64,000 bases of DNA from Octopus vulgaris. Lineage: Eukaryota. The notes under the pieces were generated by a model, which saw only the letters and a list, made by a program, of their open reading frames with translations, had not been told where the DNA came from and did no database searches. This document shows, piece after piece, positions 11,628 through 25,127 of the stretch. The position numbers and the translations under genes were made by a program. Positions within the stretch are counted from its first letter, which is position 1. Every line of letters starts with the position of its first letter. The stretch is from assembly GCA_951406725.2 (NCBI GenBank), contig OX597830.1:4030001-4094000 (forward strand), read 5' to 3'.

Positions 11628-14079
11628 GGAATAACAGATTACATTAAAAATCAATTCTGAATAAAACTGCAAGTAACATGGATATATATATATACCTTTT
11701 CATTATTATTATTATTTTATTTTCCTTATATATTATCTTATATATTATAAACTCATGTTTTGGGTTGTATTTCTTGAAGTTATTCTAACAAATCTGCACA
11801 CACACACACACACACATCTACTGCCAAAAGAATTTACACATGTTTATAAAATCTTTTGGCTGTTAATCATTCCTACTTACTATCACTTAACCGTTTTGTT
11901 ATCATATTAGTGTTGAAGCTCACTGCCTTTCTTTAAACATATTTAGGAAATAAAGAATCCAGTAAAATAATTATGATGCTGGTGTTTGGTGCATAAATTA
12001 ACGTAGAATATTGATGAAAGTTTGGAGATTATGGAAGTTTGTGTCATGTAGCTGAGAGCAATCTCAGGATGATTGAGTTGATGAAAATGAGTTATGTCTG
12101 TTTATATATTTGAAGAAACCATAGTATTATCCACCTACACGACTCATAGATCTATTAAAACTATACTTTCTATTGTAGGATCCTCAAAAAGCTGAGTTTA
12201 TTTATGTTTACTTATTTTTCTTTCCCATACATTAATGTGTTTATAACAATCTTTAAATATACAACAAGGAAAAAACAACAAACTATATAAATTGATTTTT
12301 AAAAAATTAACAATATTAACTAACTTTATGTTTTCCATATGGAAAAAAATTTTTCTTCATTTGAGAGAAAAACTGAACCCTAGTTAGCAAAATATTTTAC
12401 CATTTATTCAGATTAGTTTTCATTCTGCGTGTCTAAAATGTCTAAAACAGCCTTTTAATATTTTTTTCATATATATATGTATATAAACTGCATTTAGAAG
12501 CAAAGATCAAAAGTGCTAAAAAAAAGTTTAATTTATTAGTGGTTTGTCAATTGCTCAAACTCTTTGTGGGTTCAATACCCATTTGAAATTATAGAATGAA
12601 AAATGAAATATAAGTGATTCCATTTTTTTTTTCTTTTTTTCCCCTTACAAACATTCTTCTGTTGATTGAAGTCATAAATTATTGTAATTTGAAGACAAAA
12701 TGTTGTTTCCAAAAGGAAAATATATAAGACAGGCTTAGTAACACTTCAGATGGGCTGAACTAATTGGTTTAAAGTAACTTAATAATATTTTAAAAGAAAG
12801 AAAATAATTTCAAAAAAATAACAGCATTTGATTTTAATTTTTATTGACACATTTAAATAAATGAAATTTTCAAATTTAATGTGACATGTCTAATAAATGC
12901 AGAAACAAAACAGATCTGTAATGTATTTATTTAAATATTATATCAAAGAATTATTACATTTGCTCCTAATTAAATTGCTGAAAATTTTCGTTGCCAACTA
13001 TTGTAATTACAGTGTTGATGTGCAACTCCAAAGAAATGTTGTAATACTTCAGACTATCCTGTATTTATCTCAATTTCTTTTACTGATTGTTGTTCTGCAT
13101 ACATGCCAATTTTTGTTTTTATATATATAAAACGAGATGATCAACAAATTTATATTTTTTAAATTTCTTGATTTGATTTTTAAATGTTTTTTTTTTTCCT
13201 TTTGCACTTTACTGGATATCATACTATTATTTGTCTTCTGTTCCTCTCATCCTATCATCAGACATTTGTAATTATATTACAGAATTATTTTCTGTGAAAA
13301 AAGAAAAAAACGTTCTAAAAGATAAATCAAAAAACCAAAATTATCAAAGGTGTTAGCATTAATCTGCTTAACAGCAGCATTCAATATATTTTGTTCTGCA
13401 CAGGAAATTTCAAATTTTCTTACTTCCTTCTCCCCCATTATTCTACCTTTGCTTCTACCCTCTCCCTTGATCCATTCTCATACATTTATGGAAAAACAAA
13501 AGAGTTTCTGAGTTTGTATTTGGCAGTCGACCAATTTTTACTGAAAAGTTTTATTGATTAAAGAAACTTTTACAAAGCACAAATCGTATCATCTCTGGGA
13601 AGACCAGTGTGAAATTTTTGACAGGAATAAATAGCAGCTGGTCACTCTCTGATTTACTTGAGATCATGATATACTTTTGGTAAAACTAAGATCACTACAA
13701 AATTAATATTTATAGTAGCTTTTGTGAAGTTCAGTTTCTTTGCAAGCATTTGTTTGAGTCTCCTTGTCTCCTTGTCACTATCTCTCCAGCCTTTCCTCCT
13801 TTCTCTCATCCACCCCATTACAAGATTAAACTGTTTAGTAAAACCTGATATTTACAGAGTACTATAATTTACAATATTCACTGAGAGAGAAATCAAAACT
13901 GAAATTCAGATTATATTACAGCTTCTTCTCTAAAAACAGATCAATGATATTTTATAAATATATTTGACTCATTAGAAAAACAGGAATAAAATCCACATCT
14001 AGAGCAGCTTTACCGCTTGAAATCAATATTCACTTTTAAAAAGAACTTTGTTACAGATTAAAAAAAAAACTCAACTCTC

Positions 14080-14620
14080 TTTTCCTTCTCTCATCTCTGT
14101 CTTATTTTATTTTATTCCAGAGGCTTTTATTCATCTTTTTTTCATAGCTTTTCTCTATTTATTTTCATTATCTCCTGTTAATATTTCTCTCACACACGTA
14201 TTTTATTTCCTCTCCATGTTTTTATATATTTCCTTTAACTCACATTTGCTTTTTTCCCCCCTATTCATTACTTGCCTTAATTCTCATCAGTTTCAGCTCC
14301 ATCACCACCCCACATTTCTATCAGTTTCATATAACCCTCTTCTTCTCTCATTTTAATTACTACATTTTATCATCTTTTTCCATTTTGACACTAGCCTCCC
14401 TTACATTTTCATTTCCCCTTTCATATCTGCCTCATCACTCATTTGCATTCACGCAATTTTCTCTCTTTCAGTTTCACTATCCCCCCACTCTCTCTCTCTC
14501 TTGTTCTCCTCCCTCCCTCTCCTCACTTGATGCTGTAGTTTCTGTTAAACTTTTCTTCATGTCTTTTTAAAAAATACTCTCCATTATTAACTAACTCCCT
14601 TATCTCATTTCATTATCTCT
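14080..14620. repeat. Long pyrimidine-rich low-complexity tract
   Basis: C/T-dominated sequence over ~540 bp. Confidence 0.6.
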
Positions 14621-14754
14621 AGCTTTCCTATGCATTCAAATCAATACATGTGTGTGTATCAGTATGCATGCATTTGCGTGTACATGTTAATAAATATTTG
14701 TATATATTCATGTATATATATATATATATATATATATATGCATGTATGTATATA

Positions 14755-14972
14755 CTCTTTTACTCTTTTACTTGTTTCAGTCATTTGACTGCAGCCATGC
14801 TGGAGCACCGCCTTTAGTCGAGCAACTCGACCCCGGGACTTATTCTTTGTAAACTCAGTACTTATTCTATCGGTCTCTTTTGCCGAACCGCTAAGTGACG
14901 GGGACATAAACACACCAGCATCGGTTGTCAAGCAATGCTAGGGGGACAAACACAGACACACAAACACACAGG

Positions 14973-15006
<34 letters not shown>

Positions 15007-15178
15007 CATATATACGACGGGCTTCTTTCAGTTTCCGTCTACCAAATCCACTCACAAGGCTTTGGTCGGCCCGAGGCTATAGTAGAAGACACTTGCCCAA
15101 GGTGCCATGCAGTGGGACTGAACCCGGAAACATGTGGTTGGTAAGCAAGCTACTTACCACACAGCCACTCCTGCGTCT
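14755..15178 (-). mobile_element. tRNA-derived SINE, family A (near full length, CpG-rich)
   Basis: Minus strand tggctgtgtgg A box, gggttcagtccc B box, accttgggcaagtg core, (AAAAGAGT)n-type tail. Confidence 0.9.
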
Positions 15179-15179
15179 A

Positions 15180-16268
15180 TATGTATTATGTATATATATA
15201 TATGCATGTATGCATATATATATGTATTATGTATATATATATGTATGTATGTATATGTATGTATGTATATATATATGTATTTATGTATATATATATGTAT
15301 GTATATATATAAATATGTATGTATATATATATGTGTGTGTGTTTATCTATGTAGTATAGTATAGATATACATATGTATATACATATATATAAGTATACAT
15401 ATATATATGTATATATATATATGTATATTTGCATATATATATGTATACACATATATATGTATACGTATAAAACTTACTTGGAAAAGGTGTGGCGTTCGAT
15501 CATATAATAATATATAAATATATGCATCTATATATACATATATGCACATACCTACATCTATATGTATATGTATATACCTATATGGGTACAGGACATCAAA
15601 AAACATTGATCACAATGAGAAACGAAAACAAAAACGAAAACATGGAAATGAACATTTTTCAAACAATGTAAAAACAGAGTACAAGGAATATTCACCTTCT
15701 TCAGTTGTCCCTGTTTGATTTACTCCACGTTTCGAATGTAAGGACAAGACGTGACTTCATTGAAACAGTCCTTCCTGCACAGCAAATTAAATAAGATTTG
15801 GGATTTTTTGCAGAGGGGTAAAAATAGTAACAAGAACAGGACAGTAAGAACAAAACAAGACATTAGAAACAGTAAAAGAACAAAGAGAATAACACAGTAA
15901 AAACAAACGATGAGGGATATATATATATATATATATATTATATTAAATGAGAGATAAAACCACTATTAGGCAAATACAATGAAAAACTTAAGCCAATACA
16001 TAAGATTAATTTATATTATTTTAAATATATATCAAAATTATTATATATATATATGTATGTATATGTATGTATATGTATATGTATGTATGTATGTATATGT
16101 ATGTATATATATATATATATAAATATATATACATATGTGTGTGTGCATATGTATATATATATGTGTATATATGTATATATATATATGTATATATATGTAT
16201 GAATATATGTATATATTCATACATACATATATATATATATAGATACATGTATATATATATATATATAA
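15180..16268. repeat. Degenerate (TA)/(TATG)n microsatellite field with embedded short modules (~15585-15916, ~15940-16040)
   Basis: Directly visible; accounts for the Y/I/M-rich ORFs. Confidence 0.85.
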
Positions 16269-18604
16269 ACTGACTCATTTTTCAGTCATAGGGCTCTAGT
16301 CCTCCCTCCCACCTGTATGTGTGTGTGTACCAGAGGTTAGTTACAATGTGTTGCTCTGAGGTTTTGTATGAATTAAATATGAAAGAAAAATAAATTATAG
16401 AACTACTCTAAGAAAGAAATCTATGGAAGGATGTATATGGAATGTATGGTAACAACAGAACAAAAATATCATCATCATCATCACCATCATCATACATCTA
16501 CTTTCCATTTGTTGCACAATTGAATAGGATTTGGCGTGTCAGGTGAACATGTCATGTTCTGCCATCGCCGTTATGACATACCTGTGTCTATGGCTAGATT
16601 CCTTTCGTAGAGACAAGCACTTGACAGAGTGTACTGGGTGCATTCTTATGCATTGCCAGCATTTGTAAGGTCACTCACACTTGGTAAGTCTAAAATAACT
16701 GCCACACCTGAGAGAAGAATTGCGAGGAAGAGGGTAATGGCTTTAAGGTGATGAAAGGGGTAAGAGTTGTGCAAGAGACAAGTTTATTGTTGTGAGAGGG
16801 AGGTGGTGGAGTGAGTAACTGGTTATATAACATACGGAGGAGCATTATGGAATGGGGGAAAGGAGGAGTTATAGTGTCAGGGGTAAGTGGAGAAACAGAG
16901 AAAGGGGAAGAGTAGAAGGATTATGCATAGGGGGAGGAGTGTAGGAAGGATGCAGCATTACCCCATGATATACAGGTGAATATAATTCAAAGGTGTGTGA
17001 GGAATGGGGTGTGAGGTAGAGTAAGAAGGATTAGGACAACAAAGGTGTGAAGAGACTGTAGGGAAAAGGGACTTTGTGTATTATGGGAGGAGAGAAGATG
17101 TTGGGGGTCATGATAGAGGGGTTTCATTGGTTGAGAAGCAGTGAGGAGATGATGATGATGATGATGACGATGGCTAGGAAAGATGACTGTGTGTTGCTGA
17201 GTTGCTATGAAGAGAACACTGTTGCAGAAAGAGGAATCAAACTGAAATCCGAGGGTGACTTGTGCGACTGAGAGTTTCCTTATTGACAGGAACAATGTAA
17301 TGGAATTAAGGAAATGCATTCAACTGATAACAGTATTAAATATAAATGTAATTTTCTGAAGATTTTGACAGTTCCAATAATGAAGCATTGATGACATTTG
17401 ATACTAAATGAAGATAATGTTTAAAAGCAAATTCTCTATATAAAATAAATACCGGGAATATTTGACAAAAGAAAAACTGGCTTTTATATCCATCTTGATA
17501 AGGAAGAAGCAAGACTGAAGTTTCCATTTAGCCCCATATATATTTTGCAATTTCAAGTTTCAGTAATCTTGTTACTGTTTGTTAATCTTTCTAAAGATTT
17601 GCTCAAATATTTCTGAGAAATAATTAATTTAGTCTTCTGTCAATAAAAGAAGTTGTTATACAGATAATCATTTTTAGTATTTATATTATAATTTGTAAAT
17701 TTTTGAAGGCATTATCATTGTAGGGATTCAAATAACTTTTAATGGAATCAAAGAAGATGAAAATAGAAATTTATGAGTTGTCTATTGCAAGTTTTGATGA
17801 TTAACTTGTAATATAAGTGCTGGAATATAACATGGCAACATTCTTTGACATGGAAAATAAACCTGCTGCGAAACTCTATTTCCAACTAAAAACTGATAAA
17901 CATGAACATGAAATATTTTAGTAGGTTCATTTCTTCTCATGTACTGTTAGAAAGATGTGAGGACATGTGACGTTTGTTAATGGGGTACCCTACAGAGTCT
18001 GTAATTGATTGAAGATTTAAATTATTATGATATACTTTCTCAGTTTAGGGAGAAAAAAAATGAAATATGATATTGAAATTCTTTTCTAATAGAGTGTAAC
18101 TTATTTCGGGTTTAGTTGACTAAAAAGGGAAATTAGTATTTCAGGAATGAAAAGAACCACTGACAGTCAAATGCATCTGTTTTATTTCATATTTTAGCGA
18201 CAAAATATTTTTTTAAAAAAAGACAAAATCTTATTGTAAGTTAACTTTTTAATGTTACACGCATTAGATATGTTAACATGAACTCATCTCTTTTGATCTC
18301 TACCTATCTGAGACTGCTTCTGGTTCTGTGACACAAAAGACGTATTAAAGACTTAATATTCAAATTAAAACTTCCCATCATAATTCTATGCAAGGCTCTG
18401 GCATGGCTGGGTTGAGAATGAGAAGCAATTGCATTAAAAGCATGTTAAAGCATGAAGAATGTATTTACTAACATAACTAAGAATTTCCGGTCCCTGTTAA
18501 TTGAGTAGGAACTTCTTAGCTACAGGTACAAGGAAACTGGGAGTGGTGACGGAATGAATTAGCTTCTTCTGAATAAATAAGCTCATTCTTTCACTTGTAC
18601 TTCA

Positions 18605-18923
18605 AACATATATATATCTATACACACTCACATGCACGTATATATATATATATATATATGTGCACTATATACATATATACACACTCATACACACATGTAT
18701 ATATATATATACACACACACACACACATATATACATATATACACACTCATACACACACACGTATACATATATACACACTCATGCACAAACACGTATATAT
18801 ATATATAAACACACTATACATATGCATTTGCATGTGTATGCATACATTCAGTAGAGACCTTCACCATAGTTTCGAATGTGTGTGTGTGTGTGTATGTGTG
18901 TGTGCGTGTGTGTGTGTGTGTGT
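18605..18923. repeat. Mixed (TA)/(CA)/(TG) microsatellite
   Basis: Directly visible. Confidence 0.9.
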
Positions 18924-21788
18924 TAATTGATAGCAGTCAGCTTCAATTGAGTCATCTTGACTTCATCACCGATCATGTTTCTGTGTTGGTTTCCATTATC
19001 ATCTCTGAAGTTCCCCAATTATGCTGGCTCCAGGCCTCTTGGGCTATCCCTATCTCCACTCTTATGGTTGTTCTGATAGGCAACTTAAGCCAATTAGATA
19101 CATAATTACTAATAGCTAGCACATGGTACATGGTAGATAGTCGTTGTGGAATAAATTGTGCTAATATTAATGAAATAAACTACTCTTGTTATAATTTCAG
19201 TGCTTGTTTCAGAGCATTCTCTATTAATATAAAATTGGTAAGCAGGTCATTTTTATTCTCAAACACAATTGTATGAGATAGGTTTAGTGTGCTATAATGT
19301 TTTACCTCTGTGCAGTCATATTATGTAGCAATGAATATTTTTAGATTGCCACTAACATTTCACTTCTCTGTCTGTGGAATGAAAGAAGAAAAAAATGACA
19401 TACAGAGAGGAATTCCTATCTTGTGCTTTGGTAACTAATTTTCAGTTTTTTTTTTTTTTTACTTCTAAATTACATTACAATAAGATTAAAAAAACATAGT
19501 CTTTATCAGTTTTCTTTGAAATTATATTAATTTATAGATCTTCTCAGTGAAAATTATTCATCAATATATTTACTGAAATTGCTCGCTCTGAGTACACTGG
19601 GTGGGGTGGGGGCGAGTTTTAAATTTTTAATGATTTAATTATTTCGAACTTATTTTACAAAATTATTGGCATTAATTTGCATCTTCTGAAACAGTTATAT
19701 TTTATCTTTTTTACGTATTTAAAGTAGTTTTTTTTCTTAAATTACTATTTATTTTATTTTGATATATCACTTTGTAAATAGCATTGTTGATTATAATTTC
19801 CAACAAGCCAATCATAGCTCCACTGTAGATATGATGTTGAGAATGATAAGGGAGCATCTGTCCAAGTTGGAAGGAATAAGTATCACATGGTTTTCTTGGT
19901 TAAACTTTTATGCTATTTTGTGCATCTTACACAAATATGCAAATGATAAACACTACACACACACATTTAGATAGATAGATAGATGGAGGTTTAGCAATGT
20001 AGTTAAAATTTGCTTTAAAACCTTCTAGTTGTAACTTCAAATTCAATGCATGGCATCTTAGCGAAAAGCCATCCACTGAATCCATAGCCAAATATCAAAA
20101 CAAAAAAAGTCTAAATGATGTACTTGATGGCATAGAAGTGAGAGTTGTATCATGGCTTTTGCAAATGACAACTGGAAGCACCAAACAGAATCGCTTCTTT
20201 AGTATGGCCCTAATTCATGAAACTTAAAGACAAAGTAAAAAACATCTTGGCAATTTGAAACCTGAAGTTATGTGTCTTTAATCTTTACTCACACAGGCAC
20301 CATTGGCAACCGAATACTTATATATTTACTAGAATTATGTTCAACAAAAATTGATACATATGATCACTGATTTTTCTGTCTAGAAATATGAATGTTTAAG
20401 CTTTACCAGACTTTCTGTTGATATTCAGCAATCTAAATATATGTTCTGTTGCCTTGTAGTAAGACATGGACAATAACAAAAGGACTAACAGAAGAGATAA
20501 GCTCTAGATATTGCTGGCAGGTGGGGTGAGGTTTAAGGTTTGTAGTTCTAGAAAAAGTAATATAAGATTGATTACAAGAATACAGACTGACTCATTTGGT
20601 AGCATTTTATATTCAAAACATTAACTTCAGTTCTACATTGTTAGAGAAAATAAAAAATATCACTGATCTCTCTACAGACTCACAAAAATAAACCTTGATA
20701 GAATTATCATGTTAGAAGAGATCTATAACGATATACATTTCCCAAGTTAATGAGGATCTAACCAGATTTAATATTAAATTTAGTAAAGCTGCATGTCTGA
20801 CATGAATAGGGACCGGTTGTGAAATAGAATTCACTAGTGTTGAGTGCACAGTCTCTCTGGCTTTGGGGAAATACAGTAATCCATATTCTCAGAGGAGAAT
20901 GTGGATTATTGCATTTTGTTAGGAAGTTTATTTTAATTCTAAGCAATAATTTAGAATTATTTCAATGTTACAAAATTCAGATAAACATTCTTGAATTCTT
21001 TATTTAGCTAAGAAAACAATATATCCAATAGAATTTATTTTTAAATGTTCTTCATTTGTGATTTTCCCCCAATTTTTTATTCTGTACAAATGCTGAGTCA
21101 AGTAATTAAGACATGAAGTAGTTAAGGCTTCTGTGAGCTTCTTGAGAAATGTAACCTGGTTCTGTCAGAGATGCAGTGGCTTTGTAAAGAGAGTTGCATC
21201 TATTAACAAAAACGGTTTAACTGCATGAACACAAGAACAATGCAATTCTATAGAATGTTGAGAGAAATTATAAACAAAGAACATGTTTTAGCAATACAGC
21301 AGATGAACTGATATCTTTTAACAAGTGTATCTTCTGAGGAGTATAAATCAGATGAGACATCTATATATATGTTAAAATGCCATCTACTTTGGAATCCTAC
21401 AGATTCACTGAATAACTGCTATAGAAAATACCAAACTTAGTTGCATTAAGAATTCAATACATGGCTTAATTCAATTTGATTTAAAGATGCTTACATTACT
21501 TTTAAATGATAATGACTATTCCTCAGAATGTTTTTTAAGGAACTGAAATTGCCACAACAGTTTCTGATGCACTTTATATCTCTTGTCTTAACCCCTCCAC
21601 CCATGTTGGGGTATCTTTTATAAAGTCCACTTTGTTGCAAGCCTTTTGACCAAGTTTCAAGATTCTAGAAAACCTTGAGTTCTGATTGATTCTTCCTTTT
21701 TTCCTGTCATCATCTTCAGAAGCCTTAGAATAAAGTCATGGGCATAACCTAATTCTTTCCTCTGAATAAATAGTAAAACAAATTTTAG

Positions 21789-22151
21789 ATTGTAGTAAAG
21801 ATTGTTTGCCAAAATAGCATGGCAGTCCTGGTTTAGGATGAATGTTGGTGTAATTTAGCCCCTGTGGAGACACTGTATCCAGCCAGCTATACGGCACAAT
21901 CTGTATCCTTATATTTTTGAGCAAGGGAATCTAGCACCCCAACTCAGCTCAAAACAATATCTGTGTATCACGATTTCTGGGTTATTGTTTTGAGCTGAGT
22001 GGGGGTGCTAGATTCCCTTGCTTGAAAATATAAGGACACAGATTGTGTCATATAGCTGGCTGGATACAATGTCTCCAGGGGCTAAATTACAGCAACATTC
22101 ATCCTAAACCAGGACTGCCATGTTATGTTGGCAAACAATCTTTACTGCAAT
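21789..22151. repeat. Long palindrome / foldback element (~170-bp arms, 23-nt spacer)
   Basis: 21789-21959 is the reverse complement of 21983-22151, with about 11 substitutions and one 2-nt indel by manual alignment. Confidence 0.95.
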
Positions 22152-22359
22152 GTTCTGTTGCTGAATATCTCTCGTTATGAGATTTACAAATAGTAATTTT
22201 TAAAGTTTAGATTGTTGTATAAAAACAAGATTCTATAAAAAAAAATCGCATAATATTGACCCTAAAGCAATTTCTTTTAAAGCAGGAAGTTAACTGAATT
22301 TTTAGCACCCCAGGAAAACTGCATAACAGAATTTCGTTTATCTTTACATTTTGATTTCA

Positions 22360-22610
22360 GATTCCACTGAGGTCAATGAATTAAGTACCAGCTGAGCACT
22401 GGGGTCGATGTAATTGATTTGTCCCCCTCCCCACCTCAAAATTGCTGGCCACGTGCTGAATGGTTTTAGGGTGGCAGAATCATTTGCATGCCAGACAAAC
22501 GGTTGGTGTCATTTTGTCTGTTTTTACATTCTGAGTCAATTTTGCCTTTCATCCATTGCAGATCAATAAAATAAGCCCCAGTTGAGCACGGGGATTGATA
22601 CAATCGACTT
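22360..22610 (+). mobile_element. Two partial family B SINEs
   Basis: ttaagtaccagctgagcactggggtcgatgtaat and ggcagaatc...gcctttcatcc blocks. Confidence 0.7.
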
Positions 22611-23250
22611 AGGGAAACCAATATTTGAACGGTTTTAATAAGGTAAAGAGATATAAAATTATTTAGTTCAAGAATTCAAGAAAACTGCCTCGATCAACTG
22701 AGAATCAGAGTTGGCCTTAATGAGTAGAATGGGAAGTGAACTCAATAAGTAAAAAGGAAATGTCTCTCCAGAAATCTAGTTTCTTTATATTATACATTTA
22801 ATCTGAATATTGAGGTTGTTTAATACAAGGAAATTATGTTCAGCTTGCGCATAAACTTAAATACACCACCATCTGTAGCTACCAAACTTACAGTCTCTAC
22901 ATGTCTTAACAATATCAAATACACACATGATTTGTATCAATATTTACACATTTCTTCTTATGATGATGATGATGGTGATGATGATGGAGATGTGATGTGA
23001 TTATAGAAGTTATGTGCTTCTTGATAGAATTTAATAAAATATTTTGGAACTGAGAGACAAGTTCCCTCCAAGCAATATATCTTAAGTGTCTTAAGTGTCG
23101 GCAACACATCAACATTAACTATACTAAAAATAAATAAATACTTTTTGCCTCAGGACTGTTAATATAACTCAGGTATCAGAGTTAAGGATTGGTTTAGAAA
23201 GAAATATGTTTGCTACTGTTTAAAGCTAAGGATTTTGTTAGTTTGTTCCG

Positions 23251-23281
<31 letters not shown>

Positions 23282-23789
23282 TATATGTGTGTCTTAATAT
23301 AAGTAATGTTTGGAATATATAAAGCTTTCTTAAATATCCATAAATTTCATATTTAAGTCATGTTGTTGTTTAGCTCAGGGTAACCGTCAATGTTCAGATC
23401 AATAATCAAAGAAGTTCCAACCATGACCATCCGGCCTATATTAGCAAGCTTAGCCTAGAATTATGATGGCTGATATGAGCATCATATTTTTTTAGATAGT
23501 AGATGTAATTTTTGGAAATCTGGACCCTGCCCCTACCAGGCCATATAATTACATAATGTACCCTCTTTGGCTTGTATCATCGCTATTTACTTGCACAAAA
23601 GTTATTGATATGAAAAAAAAACGATATAGCTGATGTCTGAGAGATTTATTTCTATTTAATTACCAATCAGCATAAAATTGTGAATTCGGTTTCAATAATA
23701 AACAAAGAATATTGAAAGAAACTGTGACTTCTTATGTTCAGGGTTGTAACAGTTTATGTTTGCATCCTAAAGAAGGCAGTTTGCTGTGA

Positions 23790-24265
23790 TTGGCTTCAAA
23801 TTTTTGTCACAAGGCCAGCAATTTCATGTTAGGAGATAAGTCAATTACATTGACCCCCCAGTGCATAACTAGTACTTATTTAATCAACCCTGAAAGGATG
23901 GAAGGCAAAATTGGCTTCAGTGGAATTTGAACTCAGAACATAAAGACATGAAATGCCAGTAAGCCTTTTCCTGGTGTTTAACAATTTTTATTTCTTTATT
24001 GCCCACAGTGGTGGATGGCAGGGGGCTAAACATAGAGGGGACAAACAAGGACAGATAAAGGGATTAAGTCAATTACATCGACCCCAGGGTATAACTAGTA
24101 CTTATTTAATCAACCCTAAAAGGATAAAAGGCAAAGTCGACCTTGGCGGAATTTGAACTCAGAGTATAAAGACATGAAATATTGCAAAGCATTTTGTCCA
24201 ATGTGCTAACGATTCTGCCACCTTACTACCCTGAGTGTTAACGATTCTGCCAGATTGTCGCCTAA
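23790..24265 (-). mobile_element. Tandem family B SINE copies
   Basis: Twice aattacat(c/t)gacccc...tagtacttatttaatcaaccct...aaggc...gaatttgaactcaga. Confidence 0.8.
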
Positions 24266-24472
24266 GGTAGTTCACTAATATTAACCTTGGATAAGACATC
24301 AGACTTAATGCTTTCCAGTATCTCATTGAGGTTTACGATCTACAAGCCTTAGCCATCATCTGTTTCCAAGTAAGGCAATGTTTCCCCCTAGGCCAGACAT
24401 GTTTCCATGGCAGATTGTAAATAAATGACACCAACTGTATGATACTGACACTTGTTTACAATTATCACATGA

Positions 24473-24851
24473 CTAGCATCGCGCGTTGCTCAGGTTTGTA
24501 AGGGAAATAACTATAAAGCATTTTTAGAGAGTTATAGCCAAAAAATAGCAAAAAAATGGAAAACAAATGATGGTAAATTTTTTTTGAGAGTTAAAAAAGG
24601 TAGAGTTGCGTCCCCTAGACGGTCTGTGGTTTGGGTTTCTAATTCTCGACCCCATGTCGAATTTATCGATTTTTTTCAGAACTGGGGGAACTTTTCAAAA
24701 TTTTCGCTGCGTTAGTTTTGAATTATGACATTGGGCTATGTGTGTGTCAAGTTTCATCAGAATCGGTTGAAAGCCGTGGTCAGAGTGAGGGTACGAGAAA
24801 ACAGACACACAGAAACACGCACAGACAAACTGCCGTTTATATAGAGAGAGA
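24473..24851 (-). mobile_element. Non-autonomous Helitron
   Basis: Minus strand starts 5'-TC(tctctctatataaacgg) and ends CTAG-3', inserted between A and T with no TSD; 3' part shared with 38401-38797. Confidence 0.85.
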
Positions 24852-25091
24852 TGTCAAGATAAGGAAACACACATGCATACATACATATACACACACTTGC
24901 GCGCACACACACACACACAGAGAAGACAGGCTTGTTTTAGTTGTAATTGATGAAATCTACTCACAAAGCTTTGGTAAGTTCAATGTCATAGTAGGAGACA
25001 CTTTGTCACCAAAGTGCCATGCAATAAGATGGAACTTAAAACCATGGGGTTGGCAGCAAGTTTGTTAACTACACACCTATGCTTATGCCTC

Positions 25092-25127
<36 letters not shown>

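Noticed and set aside
15690-15740. Minus-strand GAAACG ... CTGAAGA resembling a type II hammerhead
   Set aside because: Could not build stems I and III or a cleavage triplet from this copy.
14925-16278. Many Y/I/M/C/H-rich ORFs (also 6213-6672, 18595-19105, 43814-44250, 47894-48266)
   Set aside because: Translations of (TA)/(CA)/(TATG) microsatellites and SINEs, not genes.
19201-19243. Possible 37-nt exon (ttcag|tgcttg...attg|gtaagc); similar isolated donors near 26705 and 32526
   Set aside because: Weak acceptors and no coherent reading frame; needs RNA-seq.
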